The position numbers were made by a program, and so were the translations under genes. DNA of 64,000 nt. Origin: Octopus sinensis. Lineage: Eukaryota. The DNA lies in the NCBI RefSeq assembly GCF_006345805.1, contig NW_021833039.1, positions 1-64,000 of the forward strand, read 5' to 3'. Position 1 is the stretch's first letter. Every line of letters begins with the position of its first letter. Below are positions 10,161-23,607 of the stretch, piece after piece. The notes under the pieces are model-generated. The model was not told the origin of the DNA. It was given only the letters and a program-made list of their open reading frames with translations, and made no database searches.

Positions 10161-13100
10161 ATATTATCCAGAAATATTTCAAACTGATCCCCTGAAAAAT
10201 GAGCTCGATTGATATCACACACGTGGAGAACTGAGTAAGATCTTTATAATTACGCAAATCTTGCTGAAAATTTTAAAACGCCAAAATAGAGTATATAAAA
10301 AGGATTTAGACGAGCTGTAAAAAGCGCATCTATCCAGAATATTTCAACTGATCCCTGAAAAATGAGCTCGATTGATATCACACACGTGGAGAACTGAGTA
10401 GGGATCTTTATAATCACGCAAATCTTGCTGAAAATTTTAAAACGCCCAGAATAGAGTATATAAAAAGGATTATAGACGATCTGTAAAAAGCGCATATTAT
10501 CCAGAAATATTTCAAACTGATCCCTGAAAAAATGAGCTCGATTGATATCATACACGTGGAGAACTGAGTAGGGATCTTTATAATTACGCAAATCTTGCTG
10601 AAATTTTAAAACGCCAGAATAGAGTATATAAAAAGGATTTAGACGAGCTGTAAAAAGCGCATATTATCCAGAAATATTTCAAACTGATCCCCTGAAAAAA
10701 TGAGCTCAATTGATATCACACACGTGGAGAACTGAGTGAGTAGGGATCTTTATAATACGCAAATCTTGCTGAAAATTTTAAAAAGCCAGAATAGAGTATA
10801 TAAAAAGGATTTAGACGAGCTGTAAAAAGCGCATATTATCCAGAAATATTTCAAACTGATCCCCTGAAAAAATGAGCTCGATTGATATCACACACGTGGA
10901 GAACTGAGTAGGGATCTTTATAATTACGCAAATCTTGCTGAAAATTTTAAAAAGCCAGAATAGAGTATATAAAAAAAGATTTAGACGAGCTGTAAAAAGC
11001 GCATATTATCCAGAAATATTTCAAACTGATCCCCTGAAAAAATTAGCCCGATTGATATCATACACGTGGAGAACTGAGTAGGGATCTTTATAATTACGCA
11101 AATCTTGCTGAAAATTTTAAAAAGCCAGAATAGAGTATATAAAAAAGATTTAGACGAGCTGTAAAAAGCGCATATTATCCAGAAATATTTCAAACTGATC
11201 CCCTGAAAAAATGAGCTCGATTGATATCACACACGTGGAGAACTGAGTAAAGATCTTTATAATTACGCAAATCTTGCTGAAAATTTTAAAACGCCAAAAT
11301 AGAGTATATAAAAAGGATTTAGACGAGCTGTAAAAAGCGCATCTTATCCAGAAATATTTCAAACTGATCCCCTGAAAAAATGAGCTCGATTGATATCACA
11401 CACGTGGAGAACTGAGTAGGGATCTTTATAATCACGCAAATCTTGCTGAAAATTTTAAAACGCCAGAATAGAGTATATAAAAAGGATTTAGACGATCTGT
11501 AAAAAGCACATATTATCCAGAAATATTTCAAACTGATCCCCTGAAAAAATGAGCTCGATAGATATCATACACGTGGAGAACTGAGTAGGGATCTTTATAA
11601 TTACGCAAATCTTGCTGAAAATTTTAAAACGCCAGAATAGAGTATATAAAAAGGATTTAGACGAGCTGTAAAAAGCGCATATTATCCAGAAATATTTCAA
11701 ACTGATCCCCTGAAAAAATGTGCTCGATTGATATCACACACGTGGAGAACTGAGTAGGGATCTTTATAATTACGCAAATCTTGCTGAAAATTTTAAAACG
11801 CCAGAATAGAGTATATAAAAAGGATTTAGACGAGCTGTAAAAGCGCATATTATCCAGAAATATTTCAAACTGATCCCCTGAAAAAATTAGCTCGATTGAT
11901 ATCACACACGTGGAGAACTGAGTAGGGATCTTTATAATTACGCAAATCTTGCTGAAAATTTTAAAAAGCCAGAATAGAGTATATAAAAAAGATTTAGACG
12001 AGCTGTAAAAAGCGCATATTATCCAGAAATATTTCAAACTGATCCCTGAAAAAATTAGCCGATTGAATCACACACGTGGAGAACTGAGTAGGGATCTTTA
12101 TAATTACGCAAATCTTGCTGAAAATTTTAAAAAGCCAGAATAGAGTATATAAAAAAGATTTAGACGAGCTGTAAAAAGCGCATATTATCCAGAAATATTT
12201 CAAACTGATCCCCTGAAAAAATGAGCTCGATTGATATCACACACGTGGAGAACTGAGTAAGGATCTTTATAATTACGCAAATCTTGCTGAAAATTTTAAA
12301 ACGCCAGAATAGAGTATATAAAAAGGATTTAGACGAGCTGTAAAAAGCGCATATTATCCAGAAATATTTCAAACTGATCCCTGAAAAAAATGAGCTCGAT
12401 TGATATCACACACGTGGAGAACTGAGTAGGGATCTTTATAATTACGCAAATCTTGCTGAAAATTTTAAAACGCCAGAATAGAGTATATAAAAAGGATTTA
12501 GACGATCTGTAAAAAGCACATATTATCCAGAAATATTTCAAACTGATCCCTGAAAAATGAGCTCGATAGATATCACACGTGGAGAACTGAGTAGGGATCT
12601 TTATAATTACGCAAATCTTGCTGAAAATTTTAAAACGCCAGAATAGAGTATATAAAAAGGATTTAGACGAGCTGTAAAAGCGCATATTATCCAGAAATAT
12701 TTCAAACTGATCCCTGAAAAAATGAGCTCGATTGATATCACACACGTGGAGAACTGAGTAGGGATCTTTATAATCACGCAAATCTTGCTGAAAATTTTAA
12801 AACGCCAGAATAGAGTATATAAAAAGGATTTAGACGAGCTGTAAAAAGCGCATATTATCCAGAAATATTTCAAACTGATCCCTGAAAAAATGAGCTCGAT
12901 TGATATCACACACGTGGAGAACTGAGTAGGGATTTTATAATTACGCAAATCTTGCTGAAAATTTTAAAAAGCCAGAATAGAGTATATAAAAAGATTTAGA
13001 CGAGCTGTAAAAAGCGCATATTATCCAGAAAATATTTCAAACTGATCCCCTGAAAAATAGCTCGATTGATATCACACACGTGGAGAACTGAGTAGGGATC

Positions 13101-16100
13101 TTTATAATTACGCAAATCTTGCTGAAAATTTTAAAAAGCCAGAATAGAGTATATAAAAAAGATTTAGACGAGCTGTAAAAAGCGCATATTATCCAGGAAT
13201 ATTTCAAACTGATCCCCTGAAAAAATGAGCTCGATTGATATCACACACGTGGAGAACTGAGTAGGGATCTTTATAATTACGCAAATCTTGCTGAAAATTT
13301 TAAAACGCCAGAATAGAGTATATAAAAAGGATTTAGACGAGCTTGTAAAAGCGCATATTATCCAGAAATATTTCAAACTGATCCCCTGAAAAAATGAGCT
13401 CGATTGATATCACACACGTGGAGAACTGAGTAGGGATCTTTATAATTACGCAAATCTTGCTGAAAATTTTAAACGCCAAAATAGAGTATATAAAAAGGAT
13501 TTAGACGATCTGTAAAAAGCGCATATTATCCAGAAATATTTCAAACTGATCCCCTGAAAAAATGAGCTCGATTGATATCACACACGTGGAGAACTGAGTA
13601 GGGATCTTTATAATTACGCAAATCTTGCTGAAAATTTTAAAACGCCAGAATAGAGTATATAAAAAGGATTTAGACGAGCTGTAAAAAAAGCATATTATCC
13701 AGAAAAAATTCAAACTGATCCCTGAAAAAATGAGCTCGATTGATATCACACACGTGGAGAACTGAGTAGGGATCTTTATAATTACGCAAATCTTGCTGAA
13801 AATTTAAAACGCCAGAATAGAGTATATAAAAGGATTTAGACGAGCTGTAAAAAGCGCATATTATCCAGAAATATTTCAAACTGATCCCCTGAAAAAATGA
13901 GCTCGATTGATATCACACACGTGGAGAACTGAGTAGGGATCTTTATAATTACGCAAATCTTGCTGAAAATTTTAAAACGCCAGAATAGAGTATATAAAAA
14001 GGATTTAGACGAGCTGTAAAAAGCGCATATTATCCAGAAATATTTCAAACTAATCCCCTGAAAAAATGAGCTCGATTGATATCACACACGTGGAGAACTG
14101 AGTAGGGATCTTTATAATTACGCAAATCTTGCTGAAAATTTTAAAAAGCCATAATAGAGTATATAAAAAGATTTAGACGAGCTGTAAAAAGCGCATATTA
14201 TCCAGAAATATTTCAAACTGATCCCCTGAAAAAATTAGCTTGATTGATATCACACACGTGGAGAACTGAGTAGGGATCTTTATAATTACGCAAATCTTGC
14301 TGAAAATTTTAAAAAGCCAGAATAGAGTATATAAAAAAGATTTAGACGAGCTGTAAAAAGCGCATATTATCCAGAAATATTTCAAACTGATCCCCTGAAA
14401 AAATGAGCTCGATTGATATCACACACGTGGAGAACTGAGTAGGGATCTTTATAATTACGCAAATCTTGCTGAAAATTTTAAAACGCCAGAATAGAGTATA
14501 TAAAAAGGATTTAGACGAGCTGTAAAAAGCGCATATTATCCAGAAATATTTCAAACTGATCCCCTGAAAAAATGAGCTCAATTGATATCACACACGTGGA
14601 GAACTGAGTAGGGATCTTATAATTACGCAAATCTTGCTGAAAATTTTAAAACGCCAAAATAGAGTATATAAAAGGATTTAGACGATCTGTAAAAAGCGCA
14701 TATTATCCAGAAATATTTCAAACTGATCCCCTGAAAAAATGAGCTCGATTGATATCACACACGTGGAGAACTGAGTAGGGATCTTTATAATTACGCAAAT
14801 CTTGCTGAAAATTTTAAAACGCCAGAATAGAGTATATAAAAAGGATTTAGACGAGCTGTAAAAAGCGCATATTATCCAGAAATATTTCAAACTGATCCCC
14901 CTGAAAAATGAGCTCAATTGATATCACACACGTGGAGAACTGAGTAGGGATCTTTATAATACGCAAATCTTGCTGAAAATTTTAAAACGCCAGAATAGAA
15001 TATATAAAAAGGATTTAGACGAGCTGTAAAAAGCGCATATTATCCAGAAATATTTCAAACTGATCCCCTGAAAAAATTAGCTCGATTGATATCACACACG
15101 TGGAGAACTGAGTAGGGATCTTTATAATTACGCAAATCTTGCTGAAAATTTTAAAAAGCCAGAATAGAGTATATAAAAAAGATTTAGACGAGCTGTAAAA
15201 GCGCATATTATCCAGAAATATTTCAAACTGATCCCCTGAAAAAATGAGCTCGATTGATATCACACACGTGGAGAACTGAGTAAGGATCTTTATAATTACG
15301 CAAATCTTGCTGAAAATTTTAAAACGCCAAAATAGAGTATATAAAAAGGATTTAGACGAGCTGTAAAAAGCGCATATTATCCAGAAATATTTCAAACTGA
15401 TCCCCTGAAAAAATGAGCTCGATTGATATCACACACGTGGAGAACTGAGTAGGGATCTTTATAATTACGCAAATCTTGCTGAAAATTTTAAAAAGCCAGA
15501 ATAGAGTATATAAAAAAGATTTAGACGAGCTGTAAAAAGCGCATATTATCCAGAAATATTTCAAACTGATCCCCTGAAAAAATGAGCTCGATTGATATCA
15601 CACACGTGGAGAACTGAGTAAAGATCTTTATAATTACGCAAATCTTGCTGAAAATTTTAAACGCCCAAATAGAGTATATAAAAAGGATTTAGACGAGCTG
15701 TAAAAAGCGCATATATCCAGAAATATTTCAAACTGATCCCTGAAAAATGAGCTCGATTGATATCACACACGTGGAGAACTGAGTAGGGATCTTTATAATT
15801 ACGCAAATCTTGCTGAAAATTTTAAAACGCCAGAATAGAGTATATAAAAAGGATTTAGACGAGCTGTAAAAAGCGCATATTATCCAGAAATATTTCAAAC
15901 TGATCCCCTGAAAAAATGAGCTCGATAATATCTACACGTGGAGAACTGAGTAGGGATCTTTATAATTACGCAAATCTTGCTGAAAATTTTAAAACGCCAG
16001 AATAGAGTATATAAAAAGGATTTAGACGAGCTGTAAAAAGCGCATATTATCCAGAAATATTTCAAACTGATCCCCTGAAAAAATGAGCTCAATTGATATC

Positions 16101-19100
16101 ACACACGTGGAGAACTGAGTAGGGATCTTTATAATACGCAAATCTTGCTGAAAATTTTAAAACGCCAGAATAGAGTATATAAAAAGGATTTAGACGAGCT
16201 GTAGAAAACGCATATTATCCAGAAATATTTCAAACTGATCCCCTGAAAAAATTAGCTCGATTGATATCACACACGTGGAGAACTGAGTAGGGATCTTTAT
16301 AATTACGCAAATCTTGCTGAAAATTTTAAAAAGCCAGAGATAGTAGAGTATATAAAAAAGATTTAGACGAGCTGTAAAAAGCGCATATTATCCAGAAATA
16401 TTTCAAACTGATCCCCTGAAAAAATTAGCTCGATTGATATCACACACGTGGAGAACTGAGTAGGGATCTTTATAATTACGCAAATCTTGCTGAAAATTTT
16501 AAAAAGCCAGAATAGAGTATATAAAAAAGATTTAGACGAGCTGTAAAAAGCGCATATTATCCAGAAATATTTCAAACTGATCCCCTGAAAAAATGAGCTC
16601 GATTGATATCACACACGTGGAGAACTGAGTAAAGATCTTTATAATTACGAAAATCTTGCTGAAAATTTTAAAACGCCAGAATAGAGTATATAAAAGGATT
16701 TAGACGAGCTGTAAAAAGCGCATATTATCCAGAAATATTTCAAACTGATCCCCTGAAAAAATGAGCTCGATTGATATCACACACGTGGAGAACTGAGTAG
16801 GGATCTTTATAATTACGCAAATCTTGCTGAAAATTTTAAAACGCCAGAATAGAGTATATAAAAAGGATTTAGACGAGCTGTAAAAACGCATATTATCCAG
16901 AAATATTTCAAACTGATCCCCTGAAAAAATTAGCTCGATTGATATCACACACGTGGAGAACTGAGTAGGGATCTTTATAATTACGCAAATCTTGCTGAAA
17001 ATTTTAAAAAGCCAGAATAGAGTATATAAAAAAGATTTAGACGAGCTGTAAAAAGCGCATATTATCCAGAAATATTTCAAACTGATCCCCTGAAAAAATG
17101 AGCTCGATTGATATCACACACGTGGAGAACTGAGTAGGGATCTTTATAATTACGCAAATCTTGCTGAAAATTTTAAAAAGCCAGAATAGAGGTATAAAAA
17201 AGATTTAGACGAGCTGTAAAAAGCGCATATTATCCAGAAATATTTCAAACTGATCCCCTGAAAAAATGAGCTCGATTGATATCACACACGTGGAGAACTG
17301 AGTAAGGATCTTTATAATTACGCAAATCTTGCTGAAAATTTTAAAAACGCCAGAATAGAGTATATAAAAAAGGATTTAGACGAGCTGTAAAAAGCGCATA
17401 TTATCCAGAAATATTTCAAACTGATCCCCTGAAAAAATGAGCTCGATTGATATCACACACGTGGAGAACTGAGTAGGGATCTTTATAATTACGCAAATCT
17501 TGCTGAAAATTTTAAAAGCCAGAATAGAGTATATAAAAAGATTTAGACGAGCTGTAAAAAGCGCATATTATCCAGAAATATTTCAAACTGATCCCCTGAA
17601 AAAATGAGCTCGATTGATATCACACACGTGGAGAACTGAGTAAAGATCTTTTAATTACGCAAATCTTGCTGAAAATTTTAAAACGCCAAATAGAGTATAT
17701 AAAAAGGATTTAGACGAGCTGTAAAAAGCGCATATTATCCAGAAATATTTCAAACTGATCCCCTGAAAAAATGAGCTCGATTGATATCACACACGTGGAG
17801 AACTGAGTAGGGATCTTTATAATTACGCAAATCTTGCTGAAAATTTTAAAACGCCAGAATAGAGTATATAAAAAGGATTTAGACGATCTGTAAAAAGCGC
17901 ATATTATCCAGAAATATTTCAAACTGATCCCCTGAAAAAATGAGCTCGATTGATATCATACACGTGGAGAACTGAGTAGGGATCTTTATAATTACGCAAA
18001 TCTTGCTGAAAATTTTAAAACGCCAGAATAGAGTATATAAAAAGGATTTAGACGAGCTGTAAAAAGCGCATATTATCCAGAAATATTTCAAACTGATCCC
18101 CTGAAAAAATGAGCTCAATTGATATCACACACGTGGAGAACTGAGTAGGGATCTTTATAATACGCAAATCTTGCTGAAAATTTTAAAACGCCAGAATAGA
18201 GTATATAAAAAGGATTTAGACGAGCTGTAAAAACGCATATTATCCAGAAATATTTCAAACTGATCCCCTGAAAAAATTAGCTCGATTGATATCACACACG
18301 TGGAGAACTGAGTAGGGATCTTTATAATTACGCAAATCTTGCTGAAAATTTTAAAAGCCAGAATAGAGTATATAAAAAAGATTTAGACGAGCTGTAAAAA
18401 GCGCATATTATCCAGAAATATTTCAAACTGATCCCCTGAAAAAAATAGCTCGATTGATATCACACACGTGGAGAACTGAGTAGGGATCTTTATAATTACG
18501 CAAATCTTGCTGAAAATTTTAAAAGCCAGAATAGAGTATATAAAAAAGATTTAGACGAGCTGTAAAAAGCGCATATTATCCAGAAATATTTCAAACTGAT
18601 CCCCTGAAAAAATGAGCTCGATTGATATCACACACGTGGAGAACTGAGTAAAGATCTTTATAATTACGCAAATCTTGCTGAAAATTTTAAAAACGCCAGA
18701 ATAGAGTATATAAAAAGGATTTAGACGAGCTGTAAAAAGCGCATATTATCCAGAAATATTTCAAACTGATCCCTGAAAAAATGAGCTCGATTGATATCAC
18801 ACACGTGGAGAACTGAGTAGGGATCTTTATAATTACGCAAATCTTGCTGAAAATTTTAAAACGCCAGAATAGAGTATATAAAAAGGATTTAGACGAGCTG
18901 TAAAAAGCGCATATTATCCAGAAATATTTCAAACTGATCCCCTGAAAAAATTAGCTCGATTGATATCACACACGTGGAGAACTGAGTAGGGATCTTTATA
19001 ATTACGCAAATCTTGCTGAAAATTTTAAAAAGCCAGAATAGAGTATATAAAAAAGATTTAGACGAGCTGTAAAAAGCGCATATTATCCAGAAATATTTCA

Positions 19101-19578
19101 AACTGATCCCCTGAAAAAATTAGCTCGATTGATATCACACACGTGGAGAACTGAGTAGGGATCTTTATAATTACGCAAATCTTGCTGAAAATTTAAAACG
19201 CCAGAATAGAGTATATAAAAAAGATTTAGACGAGCTGTAAAAAGCGCATATTATCCAGAAATATTTCAAACTGATCCCCTGAAAAAATGAGCTCGATTGA
19301 TATCACACACGTGGAGAACTGAGTAAGATCTTTATAATTACGAAAATCTTGCTGAAAATTTTAAAAACGCCAGAATAGAGTATATAAAAAGGATTTAGAC
19401 GAGCTGTAAAAAGCGCATATTATCCAGAAATATTTCAAACTGATCCCCTGAAAAAATGAGCTCGATTGATATCACACACGTGGAGAACTGAGTAGGGATC
19501 TTTATAATTACGCAAATCTTGCTGAAAATTTTAAAACGCCAGAATAGAGTATATAAAAAGGATTTAGACGATCTGTAA
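10161..19578. repeat. 169-bp tandem satellite, about 56 monomers, with higher-order structure
   Basis: Monomer TTAGACGAGCTGTAAAAAGCGCATATTATCCAGAAATATTTCAAACTGATCCCCTG...GAGTATATAAAAAGGAT. Period read from recurring coordinates 10981, 11150, 11319, 11488, 11657. Confidence 0.98.
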
Positions 19579-19696
19579 ATGGAACGTCTGTCGATTGCTG
19601 TGATCCGAGGGAACGTCTTCGCCATTCGCGCGGCTGGTCGGGTGTCTCGTGAGTCCTTTAACTAACTTAGCTATCTGTAATTTTTGTCTTGTTTCT
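19577..19696 (+). mobile_element. 3' stub of a CRE-clade non-LTR retrotransposon abutting the satellite
   Basis: Encodes ERLSIAVIRGNVFAI..., the C-terminal motif also seen in the CRE ORF at 33.7 kb (QRISLAILRGNC); followed by a TAAC-like tail. Confidence 0.6.
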
Positions 19697-21762
19697 AGAT
19701 ATTAATTAGGAATGGGTTAATTTTGAATCATTTTTTTGTCACTGACATATACTAACATATTGTGTGTCATGCTTTTAATTTTTCCAAATTAATGTAATTA
19801 ACAAATATTTTATTAAAATTAAATAATAATAATTACAACTAATCTACTAAGTTTTTTGAAATTAGAATATTTATAAGATTTTCAAAGAAAAACTAAATAT
19901 GAATTTTGAATCATTTTTTTTGTCGAGGAGTGTATATATTGCATATTGATTGACCAGGACATATCCAATGGTGATACATCTCATCTTTTAGATTAATCAA
20001 ATTTGGTTGGGCCCAAGTCGGAGTAGAAAAGTGTCTGATAAAATGGCAATTTGTATGTAGTTTGTTCAGGAAAGAGTCTGCAAGTAAATTGCAGCAAGGA
20101 GACCAAATTAAATGACAAAATGTAGTCCCACATTTCGTAGCTATTGATCCTACTGTTTTATTTTGAATGACTGCATTTAGTTTCAACATCTTCTAATATA
20201 GTTCACGGTTAACTTAATTATCTACTTCGTTACAAGGTTCTCTATGAAAAGTTTTTAAGGACCTGATACAGAAAGTCGTGATTGATTCGAACGCTTTCTC
20301 GACGTCAATCTAGATAGAAAACAAATTATAAATCAAAAAATAATAAATTCATTTGATTAAAAAACATTCATACTAGTCAATTTATAACTTGAATAGGTAC
20401 CTGTCTCTAAGACGAGAAAAATGATATTATAAGTCCATAGAATCAATTCTCTGAAAAGATGTCCCTGTGGATGACTAATAAACCCCCTAAAAGAATGTCG
20501 TGTTAGCATCACAAGTACTTCAGATGTTAATATCAGAGAAGGAGATTTGGTTGTTTCCCAATGGAAGGTTGTGGGCACGATGATTCTTGTTTATCCCAAC
20601 CCAACCCTCTTTTTCCACCTGATAACGATTTTCGCGTGAAATATAGTTTTAAAATAGCATTTTTGAAGAAAGAGATCGAGATTTTGATGAAAGTGGTTTT
20701 AATTGACTCACCCGTGAGAAATGAAGTGGGTGGATAATCAAATCCGTTTTTGTCCAGTTCAAGTGAATAAACAAGATTTTTATTTCCTTAAAACAATTTC
20801 CTTCCACACTTCCGCATGACTCGCAAGGCCACCCCAAAAATGCTTTAAAATAACTAATAAATAAGGAAACACAAACGATTATTAATCATTATAATACACA
20901 CTACTAATCGATTCAAACTTTTCAAAACAGTCATCTCCAAATACGATGGCCAGACATTTTATATGACCACGCACCTGTCCATCAAGTACATATGTACTTG
21001 CAGATTTTTTCCGCAACATCCTGTGGCAATACTCACACCGATCACGTTCAAATTCAAGTTCCAGAAAATAATTCTTTACGAATGCTGTATTCAAATCTTT
21101 CTCATCAAATTTCCACATTATCACAAACAGAAACTAGTAAATATTTTATTTACACTTTTAAATTTTTAATAGAATACTAGCTCGGCAGCTCGCTTCGCTC
21201 ACCGCGACCTAGCTCCTGCGGAGGGCCTGTTTCATCAAACAACTATAAGTTTATGTAGATGTATAAAACTACCTGGTTTAATGTAACCCTATTCTATCGC
21301 CTGTTGATAAACGATGTTTGTCGTCCGTCCTTCCTTGGCATATATGAATAAATTTTCTCTTCTGCCTACCCTCGAGCATCCCACATACAGCTGTCCATGT
21401 GAAAAGCACTCACTCTCTAAAAATAACCCAACTACCTTTAATGACTGTCCCTGGGCCTTGTTTATTGTCATTGCAAAACTCATCCTTAAGGAAATTGCAG
21501 CCTTTTAAATCTAAATGGTAATTCATCAGAAATTATCGGAATTCGTGGAATATAAACATCCTCACCTCTATACTTACCTGTTAATATCGTCGCCTCTATT
21601 ACGTTAGCCATCAAATTTTTGATAACTAACCTCGTTCCGTTGCATAATTTAGGTGGCGCAAGATTTCGTAATAAAACCACTGGAACGCCTATCTTTAACT
21701 TTAAAAGATGATTCGGCATTCCATAGGGATCTAAGGAGTTTGAAAATTCAATCCGGTTGAAT
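19697..21762. repeat. Left arm of a ~2.06-kb inverted duplication (partner 23608-26542)
   Basis: Reverse complement matches 23608-26542 apart from small indels and the 870-bp insertion in the right arm. Mirrored ORF pairs appear in the track (e.g. 20882-21124 vs 24244-24549). Confidence 0.95.
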
Positions 21763-23200
21763 TTTTAGAAAATAACAAAAAAATAAAGAAAAACAAATAA
21801 AAATGAATAATTTAAAAACAAAAAAATAAAAAAAAACAAAAAAAAACTTTAAAAATTTGTAAAATAGTATAAACAAAAAAAATCTCTGCCTCCACGGCAA
21901 CAACCAGTCTAATTTTTTAACAGCCAATTAAGACAATGCTTAAGAGCCTTTATAGTCCGGAGATTTAGCTTAGTGACCTTGATTAGACAAACCACTGGCG
22001 GAAATGGGGCAGCCGGAGATGCGGCAGGCAGAGTAGCAGCAGCCAAAAAAGCGACACACAAAAAAGATTTAATTAATTACCTTAAGCTGACCGTTTTTTC
22101 TTCAGCTTCGTTTTTCCTCCTTCTGTTATCTATTTAAAAATTTTTTTTGAATAATAAAAAAGTTTAGGAAAAGAGGCATACCGAAAATAAATTCTATCTT
22201 TACGAAAAACTTAACTAAATAGTTAATATTTTTACGCAAATTCTTCTGATTGCGCTGTCAATTGGTGGTAAATTGTGTTAATGATTGTGCTAATGTGGTT
22301 TTAACTATCAAAGTGTTTTTCAAAATCTGTTAATTGCACATTCTGTCAAAGTCAAATATGATAATAGCTTTAATTTTGATTCATGGTCGATAATGATATA
22401 TGCATTTAATTTTAAAGAGAAAATCATAGGATGAATTGAATTTCTTTATCGCGAATAATTGTGAGTTCATCATTGTTAATATTCTCGCTGTCGTTTTCAT
22501 CAAGGATATTCTTAATACGTGAGATTTTTGGACCTCATCATGAATGTCGAGGACATTAACGTTGTTCATTTTAATCAAATGCAGAAAATAATTTTTTGAT
22601 TTTTTGGCGGGAAGGTTTTAAGGACCTCATCATGTAAGTCGAGGACATCGTAGTTGTTCATTTTAACCAAAATGCAGAAATTTTTTTTTGGGGGGAAGGT
22701 TTTAAGGACTTCATCATGTAAGTCGAGGACATCGTAGTTGTTCATTTTAACCAAAATGCAGAAAATTTTTTTTTAATTTTTTTTTGGGGGGGAAGGTTTT
22801 AAGGACTTCATCATGTAAGTCGAGGACATTGTAGTTGTTCATTTTAACCAAAATGCAGAAAATTTTTTTTTATTTTTTTTGGGGGGGAAGGTTTTAAGGA
22901 CTTTATCATGTAAGTCGAGGACATTGTAGTTGTTCATTTTAACCAAAATGCAGAAAATTTTTTTTTAATTTTTTTTTGGGGGGGAAGGTTTTAAGGACTT
23001 CATCATGTAAGTCGAGGACATTGTAGTTGTTCATTTTAACCAAAATGCAGAAAATTTTTTTTTATTTTTTTTGGGGGGGAAGGTTTTAAGGACCTCATCA
23101 TGTAAGTCGAGGACATCGTATTGCCAATTTGAAGTTGGTGTGCACACACAGACAGACAGACAGACAGACAGACACACACCATACCATTTTATTATTAAGA
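21177..23200 (-). mobile_element. Complete non-autonomous Helitron carrying a PIF1 helicase C-terminal fragment
   Basis: Minus strand reads A|TCTTAATAATAAAATGG followed by (GTCT)n microsatellite at the 5' end, and a GC-rich subterminus ending CTAG|T at 21177. Helicase motifs [15 protein letters not shown] and [13 protein letters not shown] (frameshifted). Confidence 0.85.
22520..23120. repeat. Helitron-internal tandem repeat, about 7 copies of 80-97 bp
   Basis: Recurring AAGGTTTTAAGGACTTCATCATGTAAGTCGAGGACA..GTAGTTGTTCATTTTAACCAAAATGCAGAA, separated by variable T and G runs. Confidence 0.9.
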
Positions 23201-23607
23201 TAATAAAATTTAATATAATAAATTCTAATACAATTCTAATTTTGTTAATTTCAATCAAACATGTTAATTTCCTCTGTCCTTCAATTGCTGGAAATAAGAA
23301 GTAATAGATGGGGCTTATTCGGTCAAGAATGGACAGGAAAACTCCTGCAAATCTCTCAATGGAACACTACTACGCCCCCATCCGGGAACAAACTTCCGAG
23401 GAAGACCACGAATCACTCTACCAACCCTCCAGGACCTAACTTTGATTGGAAAAGGGCTGAAATCAGCAGACGATCTTGAGCACCTGAGGGAACTATCGAG
23501 AAACAGAGGGAAGCGATTAACAAAACGCATCCAGGAGAGGGTGGCACAAGCGAGATAACTTTACTAAAGTTATTTTGCGGTGTGCTTATTAATAATACAA
23601 TTGCTGG

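Noticed and set aside
10161-19578. Satellite as a CRISPR array, or a 5S, tRNA or SL-RNA gene array
   Set aside because: No unique spacers; no 5S or tRNA motifs; no convincing Sm site plus donor arrangement. The TTTTCAG runs on the minus strand are probably a by-product of A-tracts.
10250-19625. Dozens of ~70-aa ORFs (MKYFWIICAF...) in the ORF track
   Set aside because: They are translations of the satellite monomer, start mostly at TTG, and are broken by random indels.
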